Shown here: piece by piece, positions 1 through 13,279 of the stretch
Layout of the letters: every line of letters starts with the position of its first letter
Position numbering within the stretch: position 1 is the stretch's first letter
DNA from: Fistulifera solaris
Lineage: Eukaryota
Assembly (NCBI GenBank): GCA_030295235.1
Contig: AP026127.1
Location: 1,302,001-1,366,000 of the forward strand
DNA: 64,000 bases
Direction of reading: 5' to 3'
Translations under genes and position numbers: made by a program
The notes under the pieces: generated by a model
What the model was told of the DNA's origin: nothing
What the model saw: the letters and a program-made list of their open reading frames with translations, nothing else
The model's database searches: none

Positions 1-163
1 CAAGTATTGTCGCGATTCTGATGAAAAAGACATCAATTTGGAGGCAGCAAAATTTACTCTTGGACGCTGATTGGGTCTATCTCGCGCAACCTCTGCTAGT
101 ACATGCAACATGTTTAACCCTATAGATTACATTAACACTAACACACTTCCGATACCATATAAA

Positions 164-3100
164 TTACCAAGTGCTGCTTCCAGCAGAAGATTGCTGACAA
201 AACTCTGTGAAAGTCATGTTGTTTTCCGTGGAGATTGCGATAGGTTCAGGATAATTGAAGAGAGTGACGCACTCGCACAGCACTGGACGTCGGCTGGTTC
301 CGTAACCGCTTCCACAGCTGTAAATAATCTCGCACAGGGAGCGCGTCGAATCATGGCAGCCAATTACGTCCTCTAAACTTGTTTCGCAGCGAATATATTG
401 AACGTTTTGAGCTTTGTCGTCAATCATCGGAACTACATCGCGCTCCGGAATGATGTTGAAGGTCTTACTGTCAAGAGCTTCTGCCGAAAGCGGAGGATCG
501 AAGGAACTGCGAGACAACATTGCGTTGGGGGCTGAAAGACCAACCCCGAGAGCCCCTGTTTGTGCAGCAGATCTTAATAATAAGTTGAAAGGCCAGTTTA
601 GTAGAAGCGATCATCATAGTCGGTCACATCGAAGTAGACACTCACATCAAAGTCAAGCCACCCCCTAAGCTGTGTCCTGTGATACCGACTCCACCGTAGA
701 TACCGGCTCGCACGCCTTCCTGAATGTACTTGACAAAGGCCGTTGTATCCCGGTAGAAAGATACGCGGTCGATACTCTCACTCTCAACCTGTGACATCAA
801 CTTAATAAGTCTTCTCATCACCGGCGTGAAAACGATTCCAACCGGTAACAGTTCTCTCAAACCCTGCATCAAAAGGCAGCGCTCCATAATTGAGCATCAG
901 TCAACATGTCCCAATTATTTGTTGTTCCGCGAATGAGCACGTAAGAAAAGTTATTGTTTTGAGGAAATGTGACAAGCTTGAATGAAACTGCTGAAGATTC
1001 GTCCTCAGCCCGAGAACGCCACTCCTCAACCACATCATCCCTATCAACCGCCCCACCATCAAACCATCCATCAAGTTCCCTTTGAGTAACATTTCCTCTT
1101 CCACGGTAAGCAAGGCCAGCCAAGAACGCAAAATCTGTTGTCAAGGTAAGAAATCAGCAGTCGCAGCATTACATAATCAAATCCAATGACGTACCGGCCA
1201 TAGATTGCAAGGGACTGTTGCCTAGATCAGCACTGATTCTGCAGGAAGGATATCTCGTAGAGTCTTGCTGGTCATATCTGTAATCAAATGAATAAGTATA
1301 TGGGGTATCGAACGTAGCCAACGAGTCCACGTCGTTTGACACCGCGCCAAGAAAGAGAGCAAGGAACACAAATCCAATAGTTCCGAGAACAGTTACCCAA
1401 GCGCCCCGACTACGACCCCTTGTAATGTTGCCAATAATCTCACTCATGCGCGATTGATTTTTCCAAACTTCTTCTTCGTTGGCACCGTCGACGATATCCA
1501 TGTGACCAGTTTCCTCTAGTACAAGGACTGCGTTCACATAGTATCGACAGAAACTGATTCCAGCAACGACGAAGAAAATCAAAGCGAGTGGATAGTTTGC
1601 GATGGACATCAAGCTGATCAACGGATAACTGAAGAAGAGACCGACTTCGACAACGAACATGATCCAACAGAAAAATTCCGTCGGTTTGGATATTCGAAAC
1701 ACTTCATCGACCGCGTAGACGGCCTGACTGACCTCAACCTCTTCACTTTTCTGCTGGAACTGATCGCGGGCAAAGTTAATATCCGAACCGAACTTATAAA
1801 GCCGGTAGGACGATTTAAATGTCGGGTAGAAAAAACAGAGCCCAGCAGCAATGATGAACATCGTAAATGGTACTCCCATACCGAGATAAATGAGCAGAGA
1901 AAAGAAGAAGAACACGAGCAAGAAAGAGCCGATACCCGAGCACAAAATCGAGCTTTTGATCTCCGCCTCAGTCAATGCGCCAGGGCCTTTGACAATTGCA
2001 ATGTAGCGCGATTCCCTTTTGCGACAAAATATCTTCTCCAGAGTCCACTGTAAAGTAAGCGAGTGCGAGACTGTGAGATACCGATCAACCGACGTTATTC
2101 GAAGATGAATAACATATGCGTACCAATTCTTTTGTGACAAATGGCCGAACATCGCGGGCATCATCGACTGTGTAGATTCGCTCTTCTTTGTCTTCTTCCC
2201 AGGCCTCGAATAGACCAAGGCCGGTACCTTGACGAAATTTCGGATTCAACGTCAGCTTAGAATAAAATGACATGCGCTCGTCTAACGTCGACGACACCAT
2301 GTTGCGAATCGACGCTTGCTTTCCTTCGGTGTATTCACTATTCACGATGGAGCCCAAGGAAAGATAGTTGATCGTCTTGCGCCCTCCGTATGTCGATACT
2401 TGGCGAAGTAGAATGCATCGATGAAGCACGTTCAACAAGGACGAATCATTGTCATGGTATCGGTTCTTGCAAACTTCCCAGCACGCTTTCTGCTCATAGA
2501 GCAATACGTTCGCACAGAAAATGAGGAAGAATACAAAGACGGAAAAGAGCCAAACCATGAGCGTAATTTCCCACCATTCGTCACTCCCCGAAAGAAGGGT
2601 GCAACACAAAATGAAGATAGGGAACCCCAAAAGCAAAGAAAGAACATCCATTCCACCACGACAGGATCGATGGATCGCAGCGCAAAGTTCCGAATCAAGA
2701 AGTGACCGTTATAGACATCCGAAATGTAAGCACCAGCAATGACGAGAGCGGAAGCCAGCCCATACACCAGCATGGGGAACGCCAGCACGACACCGACGGC
2801 ATTTCCGACGTGAGCATTGCCCTTGTTTGTAACACCCGCTTCGATGGCTAAATCGAGAACCGTAAAAAGAAGGATCTGCATACAAAAGACGAATAAAAAT
2901 CCCGTCCAGAAGGCTGCGACTAAAGTATACATGATACGGAGAAACCGAACCCCTTCGGACGTATCATGAATTCGTCGAATTTCAATTTCGTGTTTCTTTG
3001 ATTTCTCATTGAGCGTTTCTTCGAGAATAAACTGCGAATCATCCGCCGCAATAATACGCGCAGCGCCCTGTTTATCGCGGTAACGCACCGTGCTCGTCCG

Positions 3101-3247
3101 GATGGGAAGAGTAAAGTGATCCTTCAACGCCGTGATGCGAGGTCCTTCTTCCGAGTCTTGAATCTTGACCGCAAATCCTCCCCTCGAGGGGTGTTGAAAG
3201 GCCTCTTCCGGCGTAGGATCTTCGGGATCTGCTTCGTCTTGCGACAT
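164..3247 (-). CDS. Multi-pass membrane protein with C-terminal class-3 lipase (alpha/beta hydrolase) domain; multi-exon
   Basis: ITGHSLGGG nucleophile motif, VLIRGT strand, downstream RDVVP and GCHD (putative Asp/His) and many hydrophobic helices upstream. GT-AG introns at ~573-645, ~1135-1194 and ~2049-2122. Frameshifts in T-runs near 872 and 2630. Confidence 0.85.
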
Positions 3248-3759
3248 GATGGCAAGTAGGTATTTGTTGAATGATAAGACTAACTTTGAATGAATGAATA
3301 GAAGTCTCCTCAGCAGAATGATGAACGCTTTCATTGCGTTTTGCTCGCACAAACGATCTTGTCCTAAACAAAGCAAGTACTTTATAGAGTCACAGTCCGA
3401 TGTAAGGAATGCAGAACATTCAGTCACTATAGACTGGAATGTTATCTTACGGTCCGTTGCTGAAGAATCGTTTACCTTTATCTTAAGTAGAAAACGAGAA
3501 ATGAGAATCAGCGTAATGCGACAAAGAAAGTGCACTTACTAACTTTCATAAGGTTATGGGTTATGGCTGTGTCTTCGGTCTTCGGTTTTCGTGCGATCCG
3601 CCAAAACGCGGCAAGTTCTTGACGACGCGTTTTTATTGCGTCCGGGAACTACCACATCCTTGCCGTGGACGAGCCGTTTTACAAACAGTGCATTCATACA
3701 TTCGTTTATATGCAAAGCATGCACAATTGCTGTTTATTTTCACTAAATATTTGAAAGAA

Positions 3760-5261
3760 ATGGAAGGAGAATCGAATCGCGGGTGCAATGCCGGCCACCA
3801 GCGGCAAAGAATGATGAGAATGTGTTCCCCGACGTGCAACTCGAAAGCACTCCAGATGATGTGCTCTGGATGCAGATCTATCGACAAGTCGTAGCTCTTC
3901 AACAAGTAAGCGGCCAAGTTGCGGTCCACTCACCTAGTGAAAAGTATCTACTGGATCTATGGATTAAAGAACAGCGTCAGCGTCAAAAAAGAGAACATTG
4001 CCAAAGGATCGTGAACAGTTGTTGGTGAACTCCGGTATTCTTTCCAAGCGTAATGTGAGAGCTTCCAACAACTACTACAATGACGAGCAATGGATGGATC
4101 GATACAATCGACTCAAGGCTGTCAAAGAACGAACGGGTGAATTGAAAGTCAAACATGCAGAAGATCCTGAGCTTGCAAATTGGATCGGAAACCAAAAGAA
4201 TTTTCAACGGCAAGGTAAATTCGCGACAAGATCGGGAGGAGCTTCTAACGGAACTTGGTTTGAAATGGTATAAGCCTAAAGGCGTTCTCAATGCCACCAG
4301 TGAGACCGTGCAACCTGTTGCTCCCGAGCAACAGAACGAAGCGTCTAACGTCGACCCCCCTATGATTTCGAATCATCACACGGAGACAACCGAACCCGAA
4401 CCTGAAACGTCGCTACGTTTGGCGAGCACCGCTGCCACTGCCAGCAAGCCGGAGCAGTGTGTCATTCCGGAACAACAGAGCGTGCAGCCGAGCATCGACA
4501 TCCCTATCGGCTGCAGAAACGACGGATTTGATTCACACGGAGGCAAGCAAACCCGAACCAGTTGATGAGGCGTCACTTCTTTTGGCAGGTACCGCTACCA
4601 GCGAGAAGAAGCAAGCTGTTTCTCCCGAACAACACACTGCGCAACCCGACATCGACACCCCCACGGGCTACAGCAACGACGGAATTAATTCAAACAAACA
4701 CCGAACCCAAATCAGTTGACGAGGCTCGCTACTCTTTGCAAGCACCGGGCAACAGTTGTCTACCGCACCATTTGACGCCTCCGTTGATGGACGATTGGAT
4801 GGAGCAGTACAAGCGAGTTGAGGCTTTTCAAAAGAACAAGGGCATTGTAATATCAAGATTCCCGATGTTGACGGAACATTGGCATTTTGGATCGTAGACC
4901 AGCAAACTTCTCAGAAAGAAGGCACTCTGCAAAAAAAATCGCGAGAAGCTCTTGCATGATTTGGGTTTCATATGGATCAAGGAGGAAGACGGTAAAGAGC
5001 CTTGGTGTAGTACTGGGAAATCTGAACAGGCAATGCCAGCCGAGCATCCGGTCCCAAAAGAACAACATCAAAACCCGTCGGAAGCGACCAAGAGAGGCTA
5101 ATCTTATCTCGACTGGAACAACACAGACCGTAACGCTGTCTGTGTCAGCTGATACTTTTCCGCCTGTTGTTGCGCGAAAGAAACCCCGCAAAGGCACCCC
5201 TTACTCACTTGATGCTTACAAGCGCATGTACGCTGCGGGCAAACCTACCAGCGAAATGTAG
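3760..5261 (+). CDS. Helicase-associated (HA) domain repeat protein, copy 1 (about 3 HA repeats plus low-complexity internal repeats)
   Basis: Recurring W..Y..L..F....G / L..W...Q / R.ELL.ELG..W pattern (e.g. WMDRYNRLKAVKERTG...LANWIGNQK, DREELLTELGLKW) spread over overlapping ORFs joined by frameshifts. Confidence 0.7.
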
Positions 5262-6621
5262 CATACGAAGAAGGTCGCCGAGGACTTTGTTCTCGAGAGA
5301 GAGCCTCCACTTGCTTGCCCATAATTCATTGATAGTAGATTGCTTTTTGAAAATGAAGTCCAACGTCTACTTGACTCCGTTAAAATAGCATATTGTGGTG
5401 ATGGGTCAATACGCTTTTGCTCAGGTCTTTTCGTGTACAGGAAAGAGAAGTTTGCTTGGACTCTTTCGTCCGATGAACACAATGACTCGACATGGTTTCC
5501 CATGCAACAATCGAAAATTACAAAATTCCCGGTCTTGTCGTACATGAATTAAATAAAGCGTGTCAATCCTCAACACTCCCCATCGTTTGTTGCAACAAAG
5601 CGAGGCGCGGGTAATTACGACAGCGCAGTGCGTGCTTTGAATCGGAGGCAACTCAATCTGCAGTCACTCTACACTTTCGCAGATGGACTGCAAACCGCAG
5701 CTGCACCAATCATTAAAAATAGACAAGTTCGTAACATCAATGAAAGCTCTGAAACTACAGAACAGTCCTGTGCAATTATCAAGGGGCAGGCACGTGGGAG
5801 GAAGGGATCTTTTCGACGAAAATGAACGACGCGACGGCAACGCTCATTGATTGGCCTATTGGCAGAGTGTGATTCTCTGTAAAGTAATTAGATACGGAGA
5901 GCAAAGTTATTCATTTCGATTCAAATGACCTTATGAGCTTGGCCAACTAAAGACTTTCAATGAGCGCGTTGTGCGTTGCGACTGACTTGCTACCTAACAA
6001 GAACAATCTCCGGGTACCCCCTCTGTCGATAAATTTCCCTACGGCGGTTGCGTGGAAAGTGCGTAGACTTTCGAAGCATTGCATCATTACTATTTTCTGC
6101 GTTTGGAGCGCAAATCGGCCTCAGCCATTACTGAATATACCATCCTTGTTTGAGGATAAAGCTAAACAAGAGGACGCAGGTACAAGTTCAATAATAAACC
6201 TCAATATAATCTGAAAACAATTTGGTTTCATGACTGGAACGCAGTCTTGGTAAAATTGAACGACACTTCGGTTCTATAGTCAAAGGATACGGAAGGGTGG
6301 CAAGACGCGGCAAGACATTATTTCATTTTTCTCGACTTTTGGCAAAAAAATCCTTCCTCCTCATTCACATCGTGCCCAGCAAGAGAAATTCCTACATCCG
6401 CTTCGAATGTTTGTCGCAAACCACTCATTCGTCACGGAATAGTTGATGACCGCAGTAATAACTCTAATTGCTGCTCGTAGGAAAGTCATCCTTGAAGAAT
6501 CGACCAAAGCCGAAAAGATACGTGGTCTTTCTCAATCAAATCGATACAATCACAGTTTGGGTCGAACGGGACTTGATATCGCACTTCTACTCTCTTCGCA
6601 TAAACAAATCATCCAAGCAGA

Positions 6622-7952
6622 ATGCATCAAGTTCTCAACGAAGGCATTAATGACGCGCTTACAACAAATGCCGAGCCCGACGTGCGACTCGAGCGCACCC
6701 TCATGGATCAAATCTGGATGAAACAATATCGAAAAATAGAGGCGTTTGAAAAGAGAATGGGCACTGCGACATTTCATTTCACTACGAAGACAATGCATTG
6801 GTTCGATGGATGGCGAAGCAACGTGTATTGCAGCATAACGGGAAGTTGCGGAAAGATCGAGAAAAAGTATTGCACGATATAGGATTTGTTTGGATAAAAG
6901 TAGAGGATGACGACGAAATGTGGAGGACTGTTTCGTATTCAAACCAAGCGACTACTACAGCGTGTCTGGCTGACTCCCATATCGTGGAAGGCGATGTAGA
7001 TTCATTTTGTGCTACCACGGTCCCTCTGACGCAGTGTGACGATAGCATTTCACCTGCGATGTTGCAATGCAATGACGATGAGCATATCCTTGCGGACGAC
7101 GCCACCGAACACACTGTCCCTCGGCATAAAACAAGCGACGTCTCTTCTGAACGTTTAGCGCGCATTGAGGGGAATGAAATAGCAATAGACACAAAGGATC
7201 CTTCGGCAGAGACGATGCAGTACGGTCACGGCGATGTGTTCATGCGTGCGGGCGACGACACCGAAAACAATGCACCGCGGCAGAGCTCAAGCAACGTTTC
7301 TTGTGAACATTTAGCGCACATTGAGGGAAATGAAAAACGTTCGAAACAGGAGGTCTTTCGACAGAGAAAATGGAATGTGACAACGACGGCGATAATTATG
7401 AATACGTGCCCATGATCGACGTAGCCGAGCACGATGAGCCGCGGCATTACTCAAGCAACTTGCCTTCTAAAGGTGTAGCACACCATGAGAGAAATGAAAA
7501 GGCGTTTAAAGCAAAGGTTTGCTCGGCAGAAATGTTGCTGTTTGATGATCACGGCGATAGCCATGAACATGTGCTCGCGATTGACGTAACTGAACACGAC
7601 GCGCAATTCAAAAAAGTCAAACAGTGTACAATCAGAGCGTTCAGTGCACGAGGAGAGCAATTTGACGTCGACAGGAACGGCATCTATCTCGGTTGCTGTG
7701 GGAGGGGAATCGAACAATGTGCACAGGGAACTTTCACTGAATGTTCCGCCCGAATACTTGCCACATAGCAAAGAAAATGAAAAGGCCTCAAGAAAGACAT
7801 CTCTTCCCAATGCTATGGAAGTGGAAACGGCCAAACCAGTGTCCACCCAAGTGCGCCCTTTCATTCCGGAAATGGTACAGCATGTTCCTCGTAAAAGACC
7901 GCGAAAAGGCACCCCTTACTCACTCAGTGTGTATCGGAAGAATCGTCCGTAG
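6622..7952 (+). CDS. HA-domain protein, copy 2 (one HA repeat plus ~52-aa acidic repeats)
   Basis: WMKQYRKIEAFEKRMG...VRWMAKQRVLQHNGKLRKDREKVLHDIGFVW. N-terminal PDV.LE.T and C-terminal RK.PRKGTPYSL are shared with copy 1. Several frameshifts. Confidence 0.7.
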
Positions 7953-8829
7953 ATTGCATGACGGTGTCGAGAATTGTAACAATTACGTATGTGTTTCATG
8001 AAATTCAAGGTGTCGTAGGTACTACTTGCAATTGGGAATATACCGAGAGGCGATCGTATTCAATTAGACGAGTCGTTGAACTCGGTAGGCATGTTGCGGT
8101 CGAAGCTGATGGCGATGGGTAGGCACCACTACTCTTCAAACACAAAGGTCTGTAAGGCCAATCATTCCGTACGACGCAAGTCGAGAAATGAACATGGTAA
8201 TGATGCTACGGCTTTCGAAATTTGATGTTAAGCGCCCATCTGTTTGTTTCTCAAAACCCTTCAATATTTGATGACTGCCTCCAAATCACTTGATAGCCAT
8301 TGCTTGCCTTGTTCTCAGTCGGTCAAGATAGTTGTTCTGCCAACGAAAAATGTCGAATGCCAGTTCGTATGTAGAGGGACTCGAATGCCAAATCATCCAT
8401 CCCTGTTATAAATTTGTTGTTCATTGATCAGTCTAAGCTCCGGATTGGAATAGTGTTGACAGTATATTGTTCTTCGGAAGGCTTGACGCGTAGACGAGTC
8501 CATACTATAAAAGAGGCCCATTTTTACGCCAACGAAGAACGGAAGAAAGTTTGAGAGGTCGCTTGACGTCGCTGGCGAATATAGTTGGCTGCGATTAGCC
8601 CATTGCTGTTGCAAGGGATAAAAGCGACGTTTGGCTTTAGCATGTGTTGCCTGCGCAATACAGCTTATTTGCGGTTTAAAGGATTGAAATGGTCATTATA
8701 TTTGGTGTTTTCAATTTCAATTGCAATAAATACCGATTAGATTCATGATAAATGCACGACGAATAATGACGACGAAAGGTCGCCTTCACTTGGATCTACA
8801 GTAAATAAGGCAGGTAACAATCCGCTATA

Positions 8830-9125
8830 GTTGCAGAAATTCTGGACTCGGTGTTTGCAACATACGGAAATTCTGTTTGAAGTCCAGAAATTCTGGAATC
8901 AGTGTTTGCGATCATACCGAGTTATGTGGCAGTTCCAGAAATTTTGGAATCGTTGTTTGCGATCATACATCATACCGAGATTCTGTTGACAATCCAGATA
9001 ATCTGGAATAGGTGGTTTGGGTCAAAGAGATTTTGCGGGAATTCCATAAATTCTGGAAATCGGTGGTTTGCTTCAAATAGAAAACCTGTTTTAATTCCAG
9101 AATATCTGGAATCGGTGTTTTGCGT
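8830..9125. repeat. Tandem array of ~6 x ~52-bp units with palindrome TTCCAGAA-A-TTCTGGAA
   Basis: Cores near 8832, 8882, 8933, 8992, 9042 and 9095, mostly followed by TCGGTGTTTGCGATCATAC-like sequence. Confidence 0.9.
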
Positions 9126-9701
9126 CAGAGAAACGTTTCGAGCATTGTGAAAGCTGCTCGAAAATAATTCATTGAATAGACAAGACATATATTACTCAAC
9201 AAGATGGCAGAATGATAGTCTAATAAGAGTTAATGCGGCTCGAAAGAATATTGATTCATGACTCAAATGCAGTCGTGTCGACAACGGACTACACTCTCGC
9301 CTATAGTGAAATTAGGGGCAATCATTCGAAAGGATTATCCACGTAACGAGCCAAAACTTGCATTGAGAGCGCTAGTTTCAAAGATGATTGCATAGCAATC
9401 ACGACAAGTGTTACGCAACGAAAATTTTCGTAGCCATTTGCGGCTCGAAAGAGTATTGATTCATGATTCATGACGGAATCGCAGTCCCTCCGGGTCCTTT
9501 TCCAAGAGATGCGCGATATGCGCCGCAAATCAAACTTCGCGTTGCGTTTTTTTCTTTTGACGACGACAGCACTGACTCACAAACTCTGCGATCTTTTCAT
9601 GCTTCATGCTCAATGGGGTATTGCTACTTAGAATCCTTCGTTTGAGCGTACCTCAAGACTAGCTACTGGCATGATTGACTTTACGGATCTCTGTTGCAAG
9701 G

Positions 9702-10457
9702 ATGAAACTGAAATTCATCTCTGTTTCTTCTCTCGTCGTCACTTCTAGCGTTTGGCCCGTTCTGTCATTTCCTTCCTTCTGTTCATACAGAAACTTTTCC
9801 TCTACTATCTTGGCCATGACACAGAAACAAGAGAATGAATACTATCGTGCGGACGGAGTGCGCATTACTCATGATCCGTACGCCCCCGGAATGGCGGAAA
9901 AGTATGGTCTTCCCGGCGAAACCAACCCCGACGGATTCGACCCTTACGCCGATACCGTCGGACCCGGCATTTATGGAGGTTCCGTAGAACGCAATAAAGA
10001 CGGCACCATCGTGATTGGACAACAATATCAGAATCACAATCATCGACCGGGTCCGGTATACGACGGCCGCGGATATTCGCTCATGTCTCGTGCCATTCAT
10101 GCAGGCCCCGATAAAGTCAAAGCCATTCTCGCCGATTATCTGGAATTGCGCGAAGAGATCAGTACCGGTGGTGCCCGTCCTTTGCACATGTGTGGGATGA
10201 GTCAGAAAGGTCAGCTGTGCACACAGGCATTGATTGATGCCGGAGCGGATTTGCACGCACAAGATACCTACGGATACACTCCTATGCATCGGATGGCATC
10301 CAACAACCTTGCTATCGGAGGTGAAGCGTTGGCGCGGGCGGGTGTTGACCCGAATGCTCGTATCGAAGGAGCGGATTCGACCGCCATTGAAATTGCGAAA
10401 CGATCCCGATCGATACAATTCTTGATGGTCATGCAGAAATTGGGTCTCTACGATTAG
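9702..10457 (+). CDS. Ankyrin-repeat protein with N-terminal signal/targeting peptide
   Basis: GARPLHMCG...LIDAGADLHAQDTYGYTPMHRMA...LARAGVDPNAR ankyrin consensus; hydrophobic N-terminus MKLKFISVSSLVV. Confidence 0.85.
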   Translation: MKLKFISVSSLVVTSSVWPVLSFPSFCSYRNFSSTILAMTQKQENEYYRADGVRITHDPYAPGMAEKYGLPGETNPDGFDPYADTVGPGIYGGSVERNKDGTIVIGQQYQNHNHRPGPVYDGRGYSLMSRAIHAGPDKVKAILADYLELREEISTGGARPLHMCGMSQKGQLCTQALIDAGADLHAQDTYGYTPMHRMASNNLAIGGEALARAGVDPNARIEGADSTAIEIAKRSRSIQFLMVMQKLGLYD

Positions 10458-10614
10458 TACAAATTAGGCTTATAAGTAAATGTTGTTGCCATCTCATAGG
10501 GCAAAATATATTAGCGTGACAAGGATGTAGATCTAGTATTTATAGGTCTAGCCAGTTCGTTTATTAAAGTTACAAGTACTCAATACTTTCTACTTGTAAA
10601 CGAAACAACACCGA

Positions 10615-11571
10615 CTACTCGTCGTCGTCTACGGCGCTCTCACCCCGCAGTTCAGCAATATTCCAATTGGGAGCAAGTTCGAGTGTTTCTTTCGAGAACA
10701 CTGAGATTCCGCAGATGGATTTACACACTTCGACCCAAACGGTGACATCCGGATTCGTCAAATCCACTCTCCAATCTTGCTGTAACAACTCATTGGCGGT
10801 CTTGGCCACCTGATCGGCCACAGCCACAATCATATCCATCCGTTTCACATGACCACAATTTCTTCTTTTGATTTGTACCGCAAACGTTTGAAGTGCCATT
10901 TTCTGTTCCTTCGACATGGCTTTTAGAAAGCGTTCGGTCAAGTTCGCTACTGTCGTCGTAATTTCCTCTAAAGACACGGAACAAGTAACTTGCAAGGGTA
11001 TAATTCGAGTAACAAAGCGTGATCCTGGTATATTCAGTCCTCTGCTCTGCGACGAATTGTCGTGTGTGTCGCGCAGTATTTGTGTAACCATTTTTACTGG
11101 ATCGAACGATGTAATTTCCTCCTTATTATCGGGCACAGCATCGGATACAGTCGTGGTCGTTTCTACGCGCTGTCTCTTTGCTGGTTCCACGCTTGATTCG
11201 GTTTCTCCCTTCTCCTGACTGCCGTTTGTTTCCTGTGATTCTTGTTCCGGATGAAACAAAAACAAAACAGTGCCTTTACAACCAGTCTCGAATTGAGAAA
11301 AGAACGATTTCTCTCCAGTTTTCTTGCTCGTTAATGCTTTCAATTCATCTTCGAGACTCAATTTCTCTTCTTGTTTCTCATTACTAGCAGAGGGAAAACT
11401 CTGTTCCGAGTAATATTTCAAGATATCGAGTCCTTCTCGACGACATTTGCCTTCTCGTCGTTGTTCGCAAGTCAACAGAATACCAGCCGCGCCGCGCGGA
11501 GGATTGCAATGAGGAAGGTATCGGCTTTTGTTTTTCCGTTTCGTTCCTCTGTTGTCTGGTTGTGGAGTCAT
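10615..11571 (-). CDS. THUMPD1: THUMP-domain tRNA-modification adaptor (Tan1/THUMPD1-like)
   Basis: GILLTC..RREGKC..E, FSQFETGCKGTVLF, SRFVTRIIPLQVTC, TFAVQIKRRN, WRVDLTNPDVTVWVEVCKSICGISV; intact 318-aa ORF. Confidence 0.85.
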   Translation of the reverse strand: MTPQPDNRGTKRKNKSRYLPHCNPPRGAAGILLTCEQRREGKCRREGLDILKYYSEQSFPSASNEKQEEKLSLEDELKALTSKKTGEKSFFSQFETGCKGTVLFLFHPEQESQETNGSQEKGETESSVEPAKRQRVETTTTVSDAVPDNKEEITSFDPVKMVTQILRDTHDNSSQSRGLNIPGSRFVTRIIPLQVTCSVSLEEITTTVANLTERFLKAMSKEQKMALQTFAVQIKRRNCGHVKRMDMIVAVADQVAKTANELLQQDWRVDLTNPDVTVWVEVCKSICGISVFSKETLELAPNWNIAELRGESAVDDDE

Positions 11572-11882
11572 GTCTTTCTAATCTACTTGTATTTGTTTCT
11601 ATTGCAATGACTACCGTCTCACTTTCACCACCATCCATTTTATAGCAAAGCGTCATCGTCGCTCAGAAATCCAAAATGGATCTTTTTGCGTCTGCTCCTG
11701 TATCTCGAACCTTATACCCGAAGTTGTAACGAAGAACGCTTTTCGTAGGCCGCACCTATTATTTCTTCTAGTTTAGAAAACCCATGTAGCTTAGATTTAT
11801 TTGATAGATTTGAGAACCAACTAAACTTTAGATTGACAAGAGACGCGAATTGACTCAAATTGAGGCGTGTAAAGGTGTGTTT

Positions 11883-12963
11883 TTAGAATGGCCACACTCT
11901 GTCCCAGAAAGATCTTTTCCGCCATCCGTGTTTGGTTCTCCCCAATCGGGTGATTCGGACTCTTCTGGCTCTTCTTCCGTTTCCTCTTCCTCACCTTCTA
12001 CTGTCTCGGGTTCATCTTGTGGTTCCTCCTCTTCTTGTGGTTCCTCTTCTTCCTCCTCTTCGTCTTCTTTTTCCTCGCCCTTAGACTTCTTCAGTGTTTT
12101 GCCCTTGGAGGCTTTTTTTTGTTACTTGTTTCTACAGGTTCTGCAGCATCCGGTTCTTCAATAAGCTCTTCTTCATCGACGGGCTCCTCTTCATCAAGTG
12201 CTTCGTCAGGTTCGTTCTGAGGAGTCGCAGCGGCCTGCGCCTCACTAACCATTCGATCAATTTCTGGTTGGGCCAGCTCTAACATACCATCGGCAATCTG
12301 TTCTCCAAACAATTCTGTACTCACTCGACGAGAATTGCGACTCACGGGGATGGCGAGTGGAACACACGCAGCTACTTCCACAAAATCGCACGTGACACTG
12401 AACCCCGTCTGCCCGGAGGATGTTGTGCATGGTTCACAGGCTTCACACACACCGAAGGATCCCGCAGTAAAAGTGCATGATTCCAATGTAGGTGTCAAGA
12501 GCGGAGTAGTGGAATTCAAATCAGAGTCAAGCTTGACTTGGCCCTGGAAGCAGACATCGCCAACGTTCAAGGGCATTGGAGCTTCCTCAATGGTAATAGT
12601 AAATCCATCTAGACAGTACCCCACACCAAAGGAAACGTCCATCGGAAGAATTGCTACGGAGAACAAACCCGTGAAGCTCGGCGTGTAGATGATATTTTGT
12701 CGGATGGTGACATCACGAAGTGTGTCGCAATCGAAAGAAAGAGTACCCTCCAATATTTCTGGTACACATTCACATTCCACAGTTGCTCCGAAAAGTCGTT
12801 CGATGCCTGTGCAGACGGACAAGGCTTCTCGTTCTCCTTCGCTCGCAAGGTCTCTGCCCCTTGCGTACTCAATACTGTTGGCCGATCGCAGAGCCGGAGT
12901 TTGCTCATTTGAAGCGGAAGCGCGGGCAAGGACTGAAAAAGAGAGGGGTAAAAGAAGCTTCAT
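11883..12963 (-). CDS. Secreted 12-Cys-domain protein A with Lys-rich and poly-Glu tail
   Basis: Signal peptide, RDL motif and 12 Cys. The ORF stops at 12091, but one extra A in the A8 run near 12115 extends it into KKKASKGKTLKKSKGEEKEDEEEEEEEPQEEEE...; the end coordinate is approximate. Confidence 0.8.
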
Positions 12964-13279
12964 TATCTTATCGTTTCTTGTTAAGAAAAGTTGCTGTTAT
13001 GTTTTCATTTGAGTGTTTTGATATTTTTAGAACATTAATTCATTTTGTGAGCTGTAAATCGTGTACCCAAACACGTCCAAAATTACGTTCATTTTTTAGG
13101 CGAGTGTCAGCCAAGACTCAAAAAGACAAAAAGGCGCATGATACAAAACACCTTTGAGCCGATACGACATCCGAAAATGTCTAGTGTGTTCGTTATTGTA
13201 TCGTCTACTTTGCACCGACGACTGACACTCAAAATAAAATCAGTCCCGTCTCTACTACTGGCAATGATAACAAATACTT

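Noticed and set aside
7960..8650. Possible decayed coding sequence on the minus strand
   Set aside because: Multiple stops and no identifiable motif; cannot be supported without a homology search.
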